Assembly (NCBI GenBank): GCA_902627615.1
Contig: CACOJW010000005.1
Span: 32,774-96,773 of the forward strand
Direction of reading: 5' to 3'
DNA length: 64,000 nt
Source: an uncultured marine group III euryarchaeote
GTDB taxonomy: Archaea > Thermoplasmatota > Poseidoniia > MGIII > CG-Epi1
A program made the position numbers and the translations under genes. The notes under the pieces are model-generated. The model did no database searches. It was not told the origin of the DNA and was given only the letters and a program-made list of their open reading frames with translations. Positions 21,589 to 30,457 of the stretch are shown one piece after another (within the stretch, counting starts at the first letter, position 1; each line of letters opens with the position of its first letter).

Positions 21589-23811
21589 ATGTTAATCGGA
21601 ACTAATAGGGAAAATGAAGAATTAATAGAAATCGATAGCGGTATTTTGTCTAGACATGCTGCAATGCTGGGATCTACAGGGTCTGGCAAAACTGTGATGG
21701 CAAAAACTTTGATTGAAGAATGCACAATAGATGAAATACCAAGTTTAATCATAGACCCACAGGGAGATTTAGCACGACTATGCATCTATGCCTCCAATGA
21801 AGAAATTGATGAAAAAGGGGGAGACTCTGAAAGGGCTAAATTATTCCGAGAAAAGGCTGAAGTAAGATTGTGGACACCACTGCGTAAAAAGGGTATACCT
21901 TTATGCATTGATCCTTTCCAAATACCCTCTACTGAGTTAGATCAAGAGGAGGCTATAACTGCATGGGATATGGTCGCTGCTGGTTTTACTTCTTTAGCTG
22001 ACTACGATATGGAAAAACCTGCTGGAAAACAGGTTAGGACCTACCTTTATGAAATTTTAATTCATATGACTAAATTGGGTATTCAAGTAAATGATTTCGA
22101 ATCACTAGCAAAGGCTGTAAAGTCTCCTGAGAAAATTCTAGCTGAAAAATTATACCCAAACGAAAAAGAAAAACCAGGCTGGAACAAAATCTGTAAAGAT
22201 TACCAGATACCGGATTTGACAAGTATGCTTCCAAAGGCAACTTATGATGAATTAGCTAGAAGACTATCTGCATATTCATCGGGAATAAATCAACTGCTAT
22301 TCAATAATGGCGTACCTATTAACATAGAGACATTGTTGCAGCCCACTGAAAAAGGAAAAATACCAATTAATGTAGTATATCTAAATACAATTCAAAACGA
22401 ACCCCAAAAGCATTATTTCGTGCAAGAAATTTCGAGAGCACTCTACAGCTGGATGCTTGAACAAGAAAGCTCAAACAAGGAATTAAAGTTGCTTTTTTTT
22501 ATGGATGAAGTTGCACCTTATCTTCCCCCAGCTCCAAGAAATCCTCCTGCCAAAGATTTGATTAAATTAATTTTTAAGCAGGCTAGAAAATACGGTATTG
22601 CTGCAGTACTAGCAACACAAAATGCATCGGATGTCGATTACAAAATAATGGCACAGGCGAACACCAAATTTATTGGCCGTTTTTCTCAACCGCAAGACAT
22701 CGATAAAGTTAAACATCTGCTAAAAGAAAGTGGAGGAGATTTGGATATGATTAAAGAATTACCCAACTTAGGGCCGGGTCAATTCCAAATGGTTTCCCCC
22801 GACGTCTCTAAGGAAGCACTTCCTATACAATGCAGATGGTTATACACTGAGCATGGAGCTCCTTTAACAGAAGAACAAGTTGAAAGGAACACCAGTAATG
22901 AAATCCGAGAATGGGCGAGCTTAAAGGGTTCAAAAAATACAATAAAAAGAGATTCATATAAGGTTGCTAAAAAAGCTCTAGGATTTACTAAAAATCAAGA
23001 TACCAGTACACTTACTTCTTCACTAAACAAGGATAGTAATGAGGCTTTCGAAATCCGTCTAATGGGCGGATTATCTGTAATCAGAGACGGAAAAGACCCT
23101 CTCTACGTTATGCAAGGAATAACAAATGCCATGGCTACACTTGTCCTTTTATGGTCTATGATTGTTTTAGGTACACAGTGGAGAGATGGAATTCTTGAAT
23201 GGACATGGGCTCTATTAGGGTTACTTATCACCTCATCAGTTTTTCTGATAATAGTGCTAGAAACATTTCTTGGCCATGACATACAACTTCAGCAAAAAAT
23301 TTCCAAATTTGCTAGATTTAGCCAATATGGTTTATTCATATGGCTCTGGACTTTACTCTCTTGGGAATATTTCTACTCCGACTACACACTAGGTGATAAT
23401 CTTTCTATGATTTTAGAAATTTCAGTCGTTTGGACGACGATTTTCATTATGCTGGAAACAGTACATCGGCTCAAACTCGGTAGACTAAAATTAAATTTTG
23501 AAGGTGAAGGTATAGTTTCTAAATTAAAAGATGGAGTTGGTTCTTTAACTGCCATTTTAACAAAATCTGAAATAAGAAAAATGGAAACATCAAGTAGAGA
23601 GGCTATGACTGGATTGAGATGGCTACTTGATTTCTGCACCCTACTTGTCTTTTCTATAATCGTAATAGGAGATTTATTTGGAAAAAGATTAGATGAACTT
23701 TTTGGAGGAAGTGAAACACCATACTTGATTAAAATCGCTTTATGGATAGGATCTATTTATCTTTTAATTTTCATTTCACAAAGTATAGTACTAAGAAATA
23801 CCAGAGGATAA
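21589..23811 (+). CDS. HerA/VirB4/FtsK-superfamily (DUF87-like) ATPase fused to a C-terminal polytopic membrane domain
   Basis: Walker A 'MLGSTGSGKT' (21670-21693), 'LIIDPQGDL', Walker B 'LLFFMDEVAPYL', 'AAVLATQNASDVDYKI'. The last ~240 aa contain about 6 hydrophobic helices. Confidence 0.7.
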   Translation: MLIGTNRENEELIEIDSGILSRHAAMLGSTGSGKTVMAKTLIEECTIDEIPSLIIDPQGDLARLCIYASNEEIDEKGGDSERAKLFREKAEVRLWTPLRKKGIPLCIDPFQIPSTELDQEEAITAWDMVAAGFTSLADYDMEKPAGKQVRTYLYEILIHMTKLGIQVNDFESLAKAVKSPEKILAEKLYPNEKEKPGWNKICKDYQIPDLTSMLPKATYDELARRLSAYSSGINQLLFNNGVPINIETLLQPTEKGKIPINVVYLNTIQNEPQKHYFVQEISRALYSWMLEQESSNKELKLLFFMDEVAPYLPPAPRNPPAKDLIKLIFKQARKYGIAAVLATQNASDVDYKIMAQANTKFIGRFSQPQDIDKVKHLLKESGGDLDMIKELPNLGPGQFQMVSPDVSKEALPIQCRWLYTEHGAPLTEEQVERNTSNEIREWASLKGSKNTIKRDSYKVAKKALGFTKNQDTSTLTSSLNKDSNEAFEIRLMGGLSVIRDGKDPLYVMQGITNAMATLVLLWSMIVLGTQWRDGILEWTWALLGLLITSSVFLIIVLETFLGHDIQLQQKISKFARFSQYGLFIWLWTLLSWEYFYSDYTLGDNLSMILEISVVWTTIFIMLETVHRLKLGRLKLNFEGEGIVSKLKDGVGSLTAILTKSEIRKMETSSREAMTGLRWLLDFCTLLVFSIIVIGDLFGKRLDELFGGSETPYLIKIALWIGSIYLLIFISQSIVLRNTRG

Positions 23812-24112
23812 GTGTGTTCCACCTTTACTCCAATTTAATGTATAGTAGAACATTAGATAATATATTCTCTATAAATTAAAAATATAATATAATATATTTA
23901 CCATTAACTTTATATATAACGTGTAATAGTTTGTACTATGTTCGGATATCTCAAACTTGCGGTAATTTTCCTTCCTTGGGAACTTTGTGTCTTACCGCTT
24001 TTGGCTTATCTGTTCTAAAAATAAAGGAAAATAAAAATGATTATATTCACTATATTGAAAGGTACGGTATCTGTAGCGGAAAAAATAATTAAAGGCCTTA
24101 TGTTCTAGTAAC

Positions 24113-24415
24113 GTGCTAATTCAAGGCTATCAAACACTCGCCATCGGACTTACACTTGGCTTAAGCTTTTTGATATTTGGAATTGTATTTTGGGATAGTG
24201 CTACAGAAGACTACTACAACAAATTAAATGGAGAAACTTATGAGATTGACAGTTGCATACAATACATGGAACCTCCCTTAGGGTCAATAGGAGATCGAGA
24301 CAGCTGTGTACAAAAAAGACAGATTGGTGCTTCTTTTTTAATTCTTGGAACTATCAGTCTGTGGGTAACAATCTATTTTAATAAAAAATATCTCTATAAT
24401 TTGATGAAGAAATAA
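24113..24415 (+). CDS. Small 2-TM membrane protein
   Basis: GTG start. Two hydrophobic helices flank a ~45-aa loop with 2 Cys. No recognised motif. Confidence 0.4.
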   Translation: MLIQGYQTLAIGLTLGLSFLIFGIVFWDSATEDYYNKLNGETYEIDSCIQYMEPPLGSIGDRDSCVQKRQIGASFLILGTISLWVTIYFNKKYLYNLMKK

Positions 24416-24450
24416 TATATACAACATATATATTACAAATTTTATAGTAT

Positions 24451-24960
24451 ATGGTTGAATTAGTCACTGGAGTAACATTAGCCGCACGTGTGGCATTTTT
24501 TATAGCTAGCTACAGAGGGCATAAAGCTGAGAGTCATAAGGAAGATGATAGGGCAGTCAGAACCTGGATTATGGAGAGCCTGAATAATATAAGAGAGAAC
24601 GTAACTAACATTATGACAAGCGCATATAGAAATAATAAACCAAATTTAGAGCGTGACGCAAAAGATATAATAAGTGCAATTGATAATTTCAAAAATGAAG
24701 TAAACGTGGCCGTTACTGGAAATATTCAACCAAGATTATCTAAAAAGAGTTCTGCAGACTTAGAGAGCTTAGTTGAGTTCGATTTAAAAATTATAGAGGA
24801 ATTAAACAGTATTTCAAAAGAAAGCTTAATATCTTCTGAAAATAGCGATAGTAAACATTTATCTCCCCGAAATCTTTCTGGCATAAGAAAAGAATTAACT
24901 TCTTGTAGAAACTATTTCAGGGAAAGAACTAAATTCATTGGAGGAATAAAAAATGTCTAA
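24451..24960 (+). CDS. Hypothetical protein (N-terminal hydrophobic helix)
   Basis: ORF with AT-rich TATA-like elements just upstream. 8-nt overlap with the next gene suggests translational coupling. Confidence 0.5.
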   Translation: MVELVTGVTLAARVAFFIASYRGHKAESHKEDDRAVRTWIMESLNNIRENVTNIMTSAYRNNKPNLERDAKDIISAIDNFKNEVNVAVTGNIQPRLSKKSSADLESLVEFDLKIIEELNSISKESLISSENSDSKHLSPRNLSGIRKELTSCRNYFRERTKFIGGIKNV

Positions 24961-26236
24961 AATGGAACATTGGCGAGAAGACCCTGAGGAAGAACTAGCA
25001 TGCGTTGTTGAAAGAGGCGAATTATCTACTTTCTGGAATAACAGTATAGATTTAGTAATAGGGCCTGGAGAAAGTCTTGTTTGGATAAAAGATGGAAAAA
25101 TAGAAGACGTTGTAACTCAATCAAGACTTAACAACATTGGAGGAGGATTCAAGAACTGGCTAGCCACTAAAGTTATTAGTGGGCAAGATGTGAAAATGCT
25201 TATTGTTGATAATAAGCCATTTAAAATAAAAATAGGTGCTGAAGGAAATACTTCAGACAATGTAAAACAGGCAGGAACTGCTACATTAACACTGAGATTA
25301 AACCATGAACAGGCAAATCGAATAGCTGGAGTATTAAAAGAGAAAGCAATCAAAGTTACAAAAGGATTTTTCAGAAAAAGAGAGGTAATTAAAGGATATG
25401 AAACAAAATTACTTAGAAGTGACATTGAGCAAATGTTTGCTGAAGAGGCAAATGCAAAAGTTTTCGGACCTACAATCAAGGGATTTAGTGCTGCCGAATT
25501 TGGAAGCAGTGATGTCAGTTCACGTATAGAAAGTTCCGCACAAATAGAATTACGAAATACTCTAGACTTATGGGGTATGTCTTTAGAAAATATTTATGTT
25601 ACGTGGGGATCCAATGAATATCAAAACTGGATGGCAACGCGAGCTCCTACCCTATGGGGAAAATTCGCAAAAAGAGAAGATAAAATCCAAGATGAAAAAT
25701 GGAAAGATGAAGATTGGGAAAGAGAAAGGGAAAGAAAAAGACGTAGAAGACGTGCAGACTTTGAAGATGACATGGATGATGAAGACTATGAATTCGAACT
25801 TGAAGCACGTAGACGTAAAAGAGAAAAACGTAGAAAAGAGTGGGATAAAGAAGATAGGAAAGATGAGAGAGACGATGAAATTGACGAAACAGTACACTCT
25901 GAGGATATTACAGACTTAAAAAGCACTAGAAAAAGAGACAGAGATAAGAAAGATGAAGAGCAAAGGCTTCAGCTAGAGAAAAAGGAATGGGAGCAAGATA
26001 AAGAAGAATTGTCTGATTTAATGGACTTGAAAGACCGTATGCATGAAAAGAAGATGGAAGAAAAGCGTCTCAATCAAGAAGGTGAACAAAAACTGGCCCA
26101 AATAAAAGCTGATGCAGATAAAAGAAAATATGACATGGATGCCTATGAAAAAGGCGCAGATAAATCCGATAAAAGAACAAAAGATATTCTGAATGCAAGT
26201 TCTGGAAAAAATAGTTCCACAAAAGAAAATGACTAA
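24953..26236 (+). CDS. SPFH/Band-7-like protein (tentative) with long K/E/R/D-rich tail
   Basis: The N-terminal ~230 aa ('LVIGPGESLVWIKDGKIEDVV...MLIVDNKPFKIKIG...') resemble the Band_7_1-type SPFH layout. The C-terminal ~190 aa are almost entirely charged ('ERERERKRRRRRADFEDDMDDEDYE'). Confidence 0.4.
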   Translation: MSKMEHWREDPEEELACVVERGELSTFWNNSIDLVIGPGESLVWIKDGKIEDVVTQSRLNNIGGGFKNWLATKVISGQDVKMLIVDNKPFKIKIGAEGNTSDNVKQAGTATLTLRLNHEQANRIAGVLKEKAIKVTKGFFRKREVIKGYETKLLRSDIEQMFAEEANAKVFGPTIKGFSAAEFGSSDVSSRIESSAQIELRNTLDLWGMSLENIYVTWGSNEYQNWMATRAPTLWGKFAKREDKIQDEKWKDEDWERERERKRRRRRADFEDDMDDEDYEFELEARRRKREKRRKEWDKEDRKDERDDEIDETVHSEDITDLKSTRKRDRDKKDEEQRLQLEKKEWEQDKEELSDLMDLKDRMHEKKMEEKRLNQEGEQKLAQIKADADKRKYDMDAYEKGADKSDKRTKDILNASSGKNSSTKEND

Positions 26237-26280
26237 ATTATTATAGAAATGCCTTAATATTGTGACATATTTAGATTACT

Positions 26281-26835
26281 ATGTTTGGAAGGAGATTTGG
26301 TGCCAGATTTAACAATCGCGGTTTTAGGCCAAATTTTTCAGGTAATGAATATGAATCTAAATTTTCACCTTCAAATTGGAAACCATACCACCACTTTATG
26401 TTTGTTTATGTAGCTTTTAGAGATTTAAAGTATATGGAAAAAGGAAATGTACGTCATGGGCAAATTATGGAGTCCGATGAATTTAAGATAGAAACAAGCA
26501 AGGTCACTAACGCGGCCATGGGTTGGTTTCCAGAAATAGTACTTGGAATGAATGAAGAGATATCTGTAGAAGAATTTTCGGAACAATATCAGAAAGTTAT
26601 AGAATATTCCATGAATACCTTTCATAACGGAGAAAATACTGATGATTTTTTCTCTCAATTCGAATACTCATTGAAAAATATCAAGACCTATCTAAAAGGA
26701 TTAAAGGATAAACTTGAGCTAGTGTTAGAGGATTTGTGGGATATAGCTACTGTTGATAATGAACTAGAAAATAGAGAGAGAGAGATGTTTATTTTATGCT
26801 CTAATATATTTGAGATTCCAATTAATTTGGAATAG
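26281..26835 (+). CDS. Hypothetical protein with TerB-like C-terminal helix pair (tentative)
   Basis: 'LEDLWDIATVDNELENREREMFILCSNIFEIP' resembles the TerB 'aDG/D..l...E...l' repeat. Weak, motif-level only. Confidence 0.35.
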   Translation: MFGRRFGARFNNRGFRPNFSGNEYESKFSPSNWKPYHHFMFVYVAFRDLKYMEKGNVRHGQIMESDEFKIETSKVTNAAMGWFPEIVLGMNEEISVEEFSEQYQKVIEYSMNTFHNGENTDDFFSQFEYSLKNIKTYLKGLKDKLELVLEDLWDIATVDNELENREREMFILCSNIFEIPINLE

Positions 26836-27804
26836 TTAAATTTCACTTCTGTTTATTACTGAATCTCTTATCTCTACCTTTTTCGCAACGTAGTCTCCAC
26901 TTACATTAATATTTGTAGTTGGTTTTTGACGAATTCTCTTGAATTCAGTTTTATGCTGTTTTGTTGCTCTGAAAGTTCTGACATTTATTAATTCAGGCCT
27001 TATAAGGTCAATAACCGAATAACTACTACTATGCATAATAATAGAATCATCAGATATTTGTTGAATAGCCAGCCCTTCTTTTTGTTCAAGAATCATTGTA
27101 TAACAATCTTTTTCAGGTGAGGAAGGTATAACTCCCAGATAATCTTTTACTCCTATTTTCAAGTTTAAATGATCCTCATTAGCAGGAACATAAAAACCGT
27201 TCACTTGGTGCAGCAAGCATTCCTCTCCCGCATGCTCAGTTCCCTGTAATCTTCTATCAATTTCTTCCTGTTTTTCTAATGATTCATTTTGGAATCTATT
27301 CATAACTTTGTGATTCTTTTCATATTTTGAATAAAAATTATCAATATTTAGATTTTTGAAATGTACTCTGCTGTTAAGTTTTAACTCTGCTCCGTTGACT
27401 TCCTCAATTTCCAGACTGTGCTCGTATACATTCGAACTGTCAAAGGCAATGATGCATTTATTACCAAACCAATCCCATTTTTTCAAAGTTCTAGAAGAAA
27501 TAACATCGTAATCATTGCCCATGCCTTCATAACCAAAAGATGAGAACAAGTCTCCATAATTTATCTCTGGATTATAAGGGACAAAAGTTTTCTCTTCATA
27601 AGTGCATTCATGCACTACAGACGTTCCTACCCATTTTCCCTCAATGCTTTTAGAAATTATTCCTAGCTCTGCCTGTTTAATAGGGTTTGAGTATGAAAAA
27701 TTTGGATGCCTTATTCTTAAATTGTCAGCACCATATTCCCTGTATTCGCCCTTGCCACTTTTTGGTTTTTTAGGGGATTTAGGTGGCATTTTGAATGTTT
27801 TCAT
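26836..27804 (-). CDS. Hypothetical protein ending in the 'DSVINRSEI' tail
   Basis: Basic N-terminus 'MPPKSPKKPKSGKG', no TM. C-terminus 'KKVEIRDSVINRSEI*'. It lies 9 nt downstream of the channel gene. Confidence 0.55.
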   Translation of the reverse strand: MKTFKMPPKSPKKPKSGKGEYREYGADNLRIRHPNFSYSNPIKQAELGIISKSIEGKWVGTSVVHECTYEEKTFVPYNPEINYGDLFSSFGYEGMGNDYDVISSRTLKKWDWFGNKCIIAFDSSNVYEHSLEIEEVNGAELKLNSRVHFKNLNIDNFYSKYEKNHKVMNRFQNESLEKQEEIDRRLQGTEHAGEECLLHQVNGFYVPANEDHLNLKIGVKDYLGVIPSSPEKDCYTMILEQKEGLAIQQISDDSIIMHSSSYSVIDLIRPELINVRTFRATKQHKTEFKRIRQKPTTNINVSGDYVAKKVEIRDSVINRSEI

Positions 27805-27813
27805 TTTTCCAAC

Positions 27814-29007
27814 TTATTTCCTCAGTTCATCCAATATTTCTCTTTGATTTTTCTCCAACTCATGTAACCTATTTTCTAAATTCTGCTGCATTATATTAAG
27901 CTCTTCATTTTCTTCCCCAGTCATGACTGTTGTTAGTGTTGCTGTAAATACACCTGCAAGAATCATGCCAGTAATTACTAAGAATACTGTCAAAATTCTC
28001 CCTAACTCCGTTTGAGGATTATAAATATCTCCAAAACCACCAGTTACTACTGTAGTAAAACTCCACCACATACTTTCAGCAAGAGTACCAACACTGGGAT
28101 CGCTATCGCCTTCCTTATATGTTATGACGAACGCTCCGAGAACTATGACTAATATAACACCTTTGAAAGACTTCTTCATCAATTTGACGTCCATTATATC
28201 TGCAAATTTATCAAACCCTTTCCAGAAAAAGAATACAATCCTTACAACACGAAGCAGTCTCACAAGGCGGAAAAGTCTAGCTAACCTCAATGTACGGCCG
28301 TATCGTAAAGCCCCTCCATCTGGTATCGGTATTGAAGTTAGTAAATCAATCCAATTGTTTCTGATAAACCACCTTTTATTTTCTGCAAAGGTATATCTAA
28401 GATAAAATTCCATCAAAAATATTATACAAAAACAAAAGTCAATCCAAAAAATATCTTGTTTTAATTCAGCGTCAGCGATTGGATCTAGATATAACATATC
28501 GTAAGAAATAACTGATATTATCAAGACAATCATGACCATAATTGTCCCTTCTAATATATTTGCAGATTTTTGGCTACCTAAATATTTGGAAACACCTTCC
28601 CGCACGATTTTTTCTTGTCTAGCATCATAAATTTTAACTCGATATTCTTCTAAATCTTCATGTATTTTAGAATATTTACGACATTCTTTCCTTGCCTCAT
28701 CATAAAATGAAGCATTTCCCTTGACGAGATTTTTATGAAGTTTAACTTCCAATTTTACCAGTTCTTTTTTTATCTTTTTTTGCTCTTTTGTAATATCATC
28801 GTGCATGTTCTGCAACATGTCAGATGGCAGATTTACTATCCTCACATTTTCAACTCTGTTTAGTAAACTCTGAAAATCTAAATGTTCTGCATCGGGCTCA
28901 CTAGGATTAACTAGTCTATCATCTAACTTATTTTCATCTGCATCTTTTAAAGCCACGTAATTTACTATGCAATCAGTTATATTAATTAATTTCTTTTTGC
29001 ACTGCAC
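27814..29007 (-). CDS. Voltage-gated (6TM, Kv-like) potassium channel with N- and C-terminal coiled coils
   Basis: S4 voltage sensor 'RTLRLARLFRLVRLLRVVRIV'. Pore/selectivity filter 'WWSFTTVVTGGFGDI' fits TxxTxG[YF]GD. Confidence 0.8.
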   Translation of the reverse strand: MQCKKKLINITDCIVNYVALKDADENKLDDRLVNPSEPDAEHLDFQSLLNRVENVRIVNLPSDMLQNMHDDITKEQKKIKKELVKLEVKLHKNLVKGNASFYDEARKECRKYSKIHEDLEEYRVKIYDARQEKIVREGVSKYLGSQKSANILEGTIMVMIVLIISVISYDMLYLDPIADAELKQDIFWIDFCFCIIFLMEFYLRYTFAENKRWFIRNNWIDLLTSIPIPDGGALRYGRTLRLARLFRLVRLLRVVRIVFFFWKGFDKFADIMDVKLMKKSFKGVILVIVLGAFVITYKEGDSDPSVGTLAESMWWSFTTVVTGGFGDIYNPQTELGRILTVFLVITGMILAGVFTATLTTVMTGEENEELNIMQQNLENRLHELEKNQREILDELRK

Positions 29008-29053
29008 TGAAAAATTATATATACTCCTAAAATATATAGCAAGTAGTGATAAA

Positions 29054-29515
29054 ATGGCATGGAATCAATTTTGTGATATGAACTATATGTTTGTTTTTCT
29101 TTCAAATTATGGAGATGAAGAAACAACTAATGATGAAATCTATGAGATGAGCTCTAAATTATTAGATCTCACTTATGAAAAAGATAGGGATGGCGACGGA
29201 ATAGTGGACAGCTCATTAACCGATGACGAGCGCGATTCAGTAATTGAACAGTCTTGGCAAAAATATGGAGGTCTCGATCAAGATGGAAGAGCTTCTCAAT
29301 TTTTCACTTCAGCCAGGAAAGTAGCCGAATACTTCCAATACAGTCACAATAAAATGCAATCATTTGTTAATGGCATGGTTGATATAGCATCTGCAGATGG
29401 ATACATAGACGGAACTGAAGAAGAAATAATAAACTCATTAGCCGATGCTTGGGGATGCAATGGTGTTCAAATTTCGTACAATGCTGGAATTCCCGTATTC
29501 CTTTTCGTCTGGTAA
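29054..29515 (+). CDS. TerB-like protein (tentative)
   Basis: 'NGMVDIASADGYIDGTEEEIINSLADAWG' fits the TerB 'A.aDG.i...E...l' motif. I use ATG 29054 rather than the tracked 28967 start, which would overlap the divergent channel gene. Confidence 0.45.
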   Translation: MAWNQFCDMNYMFVFLSNYGDEETTNDEIYEMSSKLLDLTYEKDRDGDGIVDSSLTDDERDSVIEQSWQKYGGLDQDGRASQFFTSARKVAEYFQYSHNKMQSFVNGMVDIASADGYIDGTEEEIINSLADAWGCNGVQISYNAGIPVFLFVW

Positions 29516-29540
29516 AAAAGACTGAAAATTAAGGTGAATT

Positions 29541-30410
29541 ATGAGTAACAGTACTTTTGCAGGTAAATCTACTGAAGACACTATTCGCAACTATGCTGAG
29601 ATGCTCATTGATGATTTGAATGCTAACCTTCCTGAAAATGCTGGAAAACACTGGGATAAAGCTAGAGAGCTTGATAATCAAACCGCCAAGGAGATTTTTG
29701 GTACTGAATACAGCGATAGGATAGGTCAAGCATATCACAATTGTTTAATTAATTACAAATTTGATGAAATGGCTACGGCTTGGAAAGTATTAGAGGGAGT
29801 TCCCGTAGTTCTAGGCGGAATTGGTACGGGGGCACAACCAACAGTCAATCCTCAATACGTTACACTAGTAGATCAAATAGATTCTAAATATAATGAAATT
29901 AAGGGACTTGTGTTTGCAGCAACTAGTATATGTCCACAGAGTGCTGATTTGCATGGTGCTGCAGCTTGGATTGGAGTTTTGCATTTAGCAGCCGGAACTT
30001 TACCACCTGAAATTAATAGGATAAAGGATGAGAAATACAATAGATTAAAACCTGATATTGATAATCATATCAGGCAAGCCCTTGCACAGAATCCAAGCCA
30101 CAAACAGGCTTTGGAAGCAAAGGAAAGACTAAAAGAAGTAGACGAACACGAATTTAAAATTCCTGGTGGAGATTGCTTCATAGCAACAGCTGCTTATGGC
30201 ACTCCATTTGCCGATGAGATAGATATTCTTAGAAACTGGAGAGATAATTTCTTACAAGCATCTTATGCAGGACGTGCATTCATTAAAACTTATTATTCAT
30301 TAAGTCCTCCCGTAGCTGATAATATCCGACAATCTGGAGGAAAAAGAAAAATTGTTAGAACAACTTTAGGGCCAATTGTCAAAATCTTAAAAGATAAATA
30401 TTCTAACTAA
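29541..30410 (+). CDS. Protein with C-terminal 'CFIATAAYG' box domain
   Basis: 'GGDCFIATAAYGTPFADEIDILRNWRDNFL...YYSLSPPVADNI' matches a recurrent C-terminal module of archaeal and bacterial proteins. I recall it being named a CFI-box; the name is uncertain. Confidence 0.5.
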   Translation: MSNSTFAGKSTEDTIRNYAEMLIDDLNANLPENAGKHWDKARELDNQTAKEIFGTEYSDRIGQAYHNCLINYKFDEMATAWKVLEGVPVVLGGIGTGAQPTVNPQYVTLVDQIDSKYNEIKGLVFAATSICPQSADLHGAAAWIGVLHLAAGTLPPEINRIKDEKYNRLKPDIDNHIRQALAQNPSHKQALEAKERLKEVDEHEFKIPGGDCFIATAAYGTPFADEIDILRNWRDNFLQASYAGRAFIKTYYSLSPPVADNIRQSGGKRKIVRTTLGPIVKILKDKYSN

Positions 30411-30457
30411 TTGTTTATTACCAAAATATCTTAAATAACACAGGGCAGTAGATAATC

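Noticed and set aside
21501-21785. 94-aa minus-strand ORF spanning the divergent promoter and the 5' end of the HerA-like gene.
   Set aside because: It overlaps the Walker A coding region of a well-supported gene and would remove the promoter spacer.
25596-25919. Alternative-frame and antisense ORFs within the K/E/R/D-rich region.
   Set aside because: Purine-rich low-complexity coding DNA keeps other frames open. There is no independent support for them.
28967-29053. N-terminal extension of the TerB-like ORF as tracked (start 28967).
   Set aside because: It would overlap the start of the divergent channel gene by 41 nt and encodes a hydrophobic non-conserved leader. ATG 29054, behind TATA-like 'ttatatata', is more plausible.
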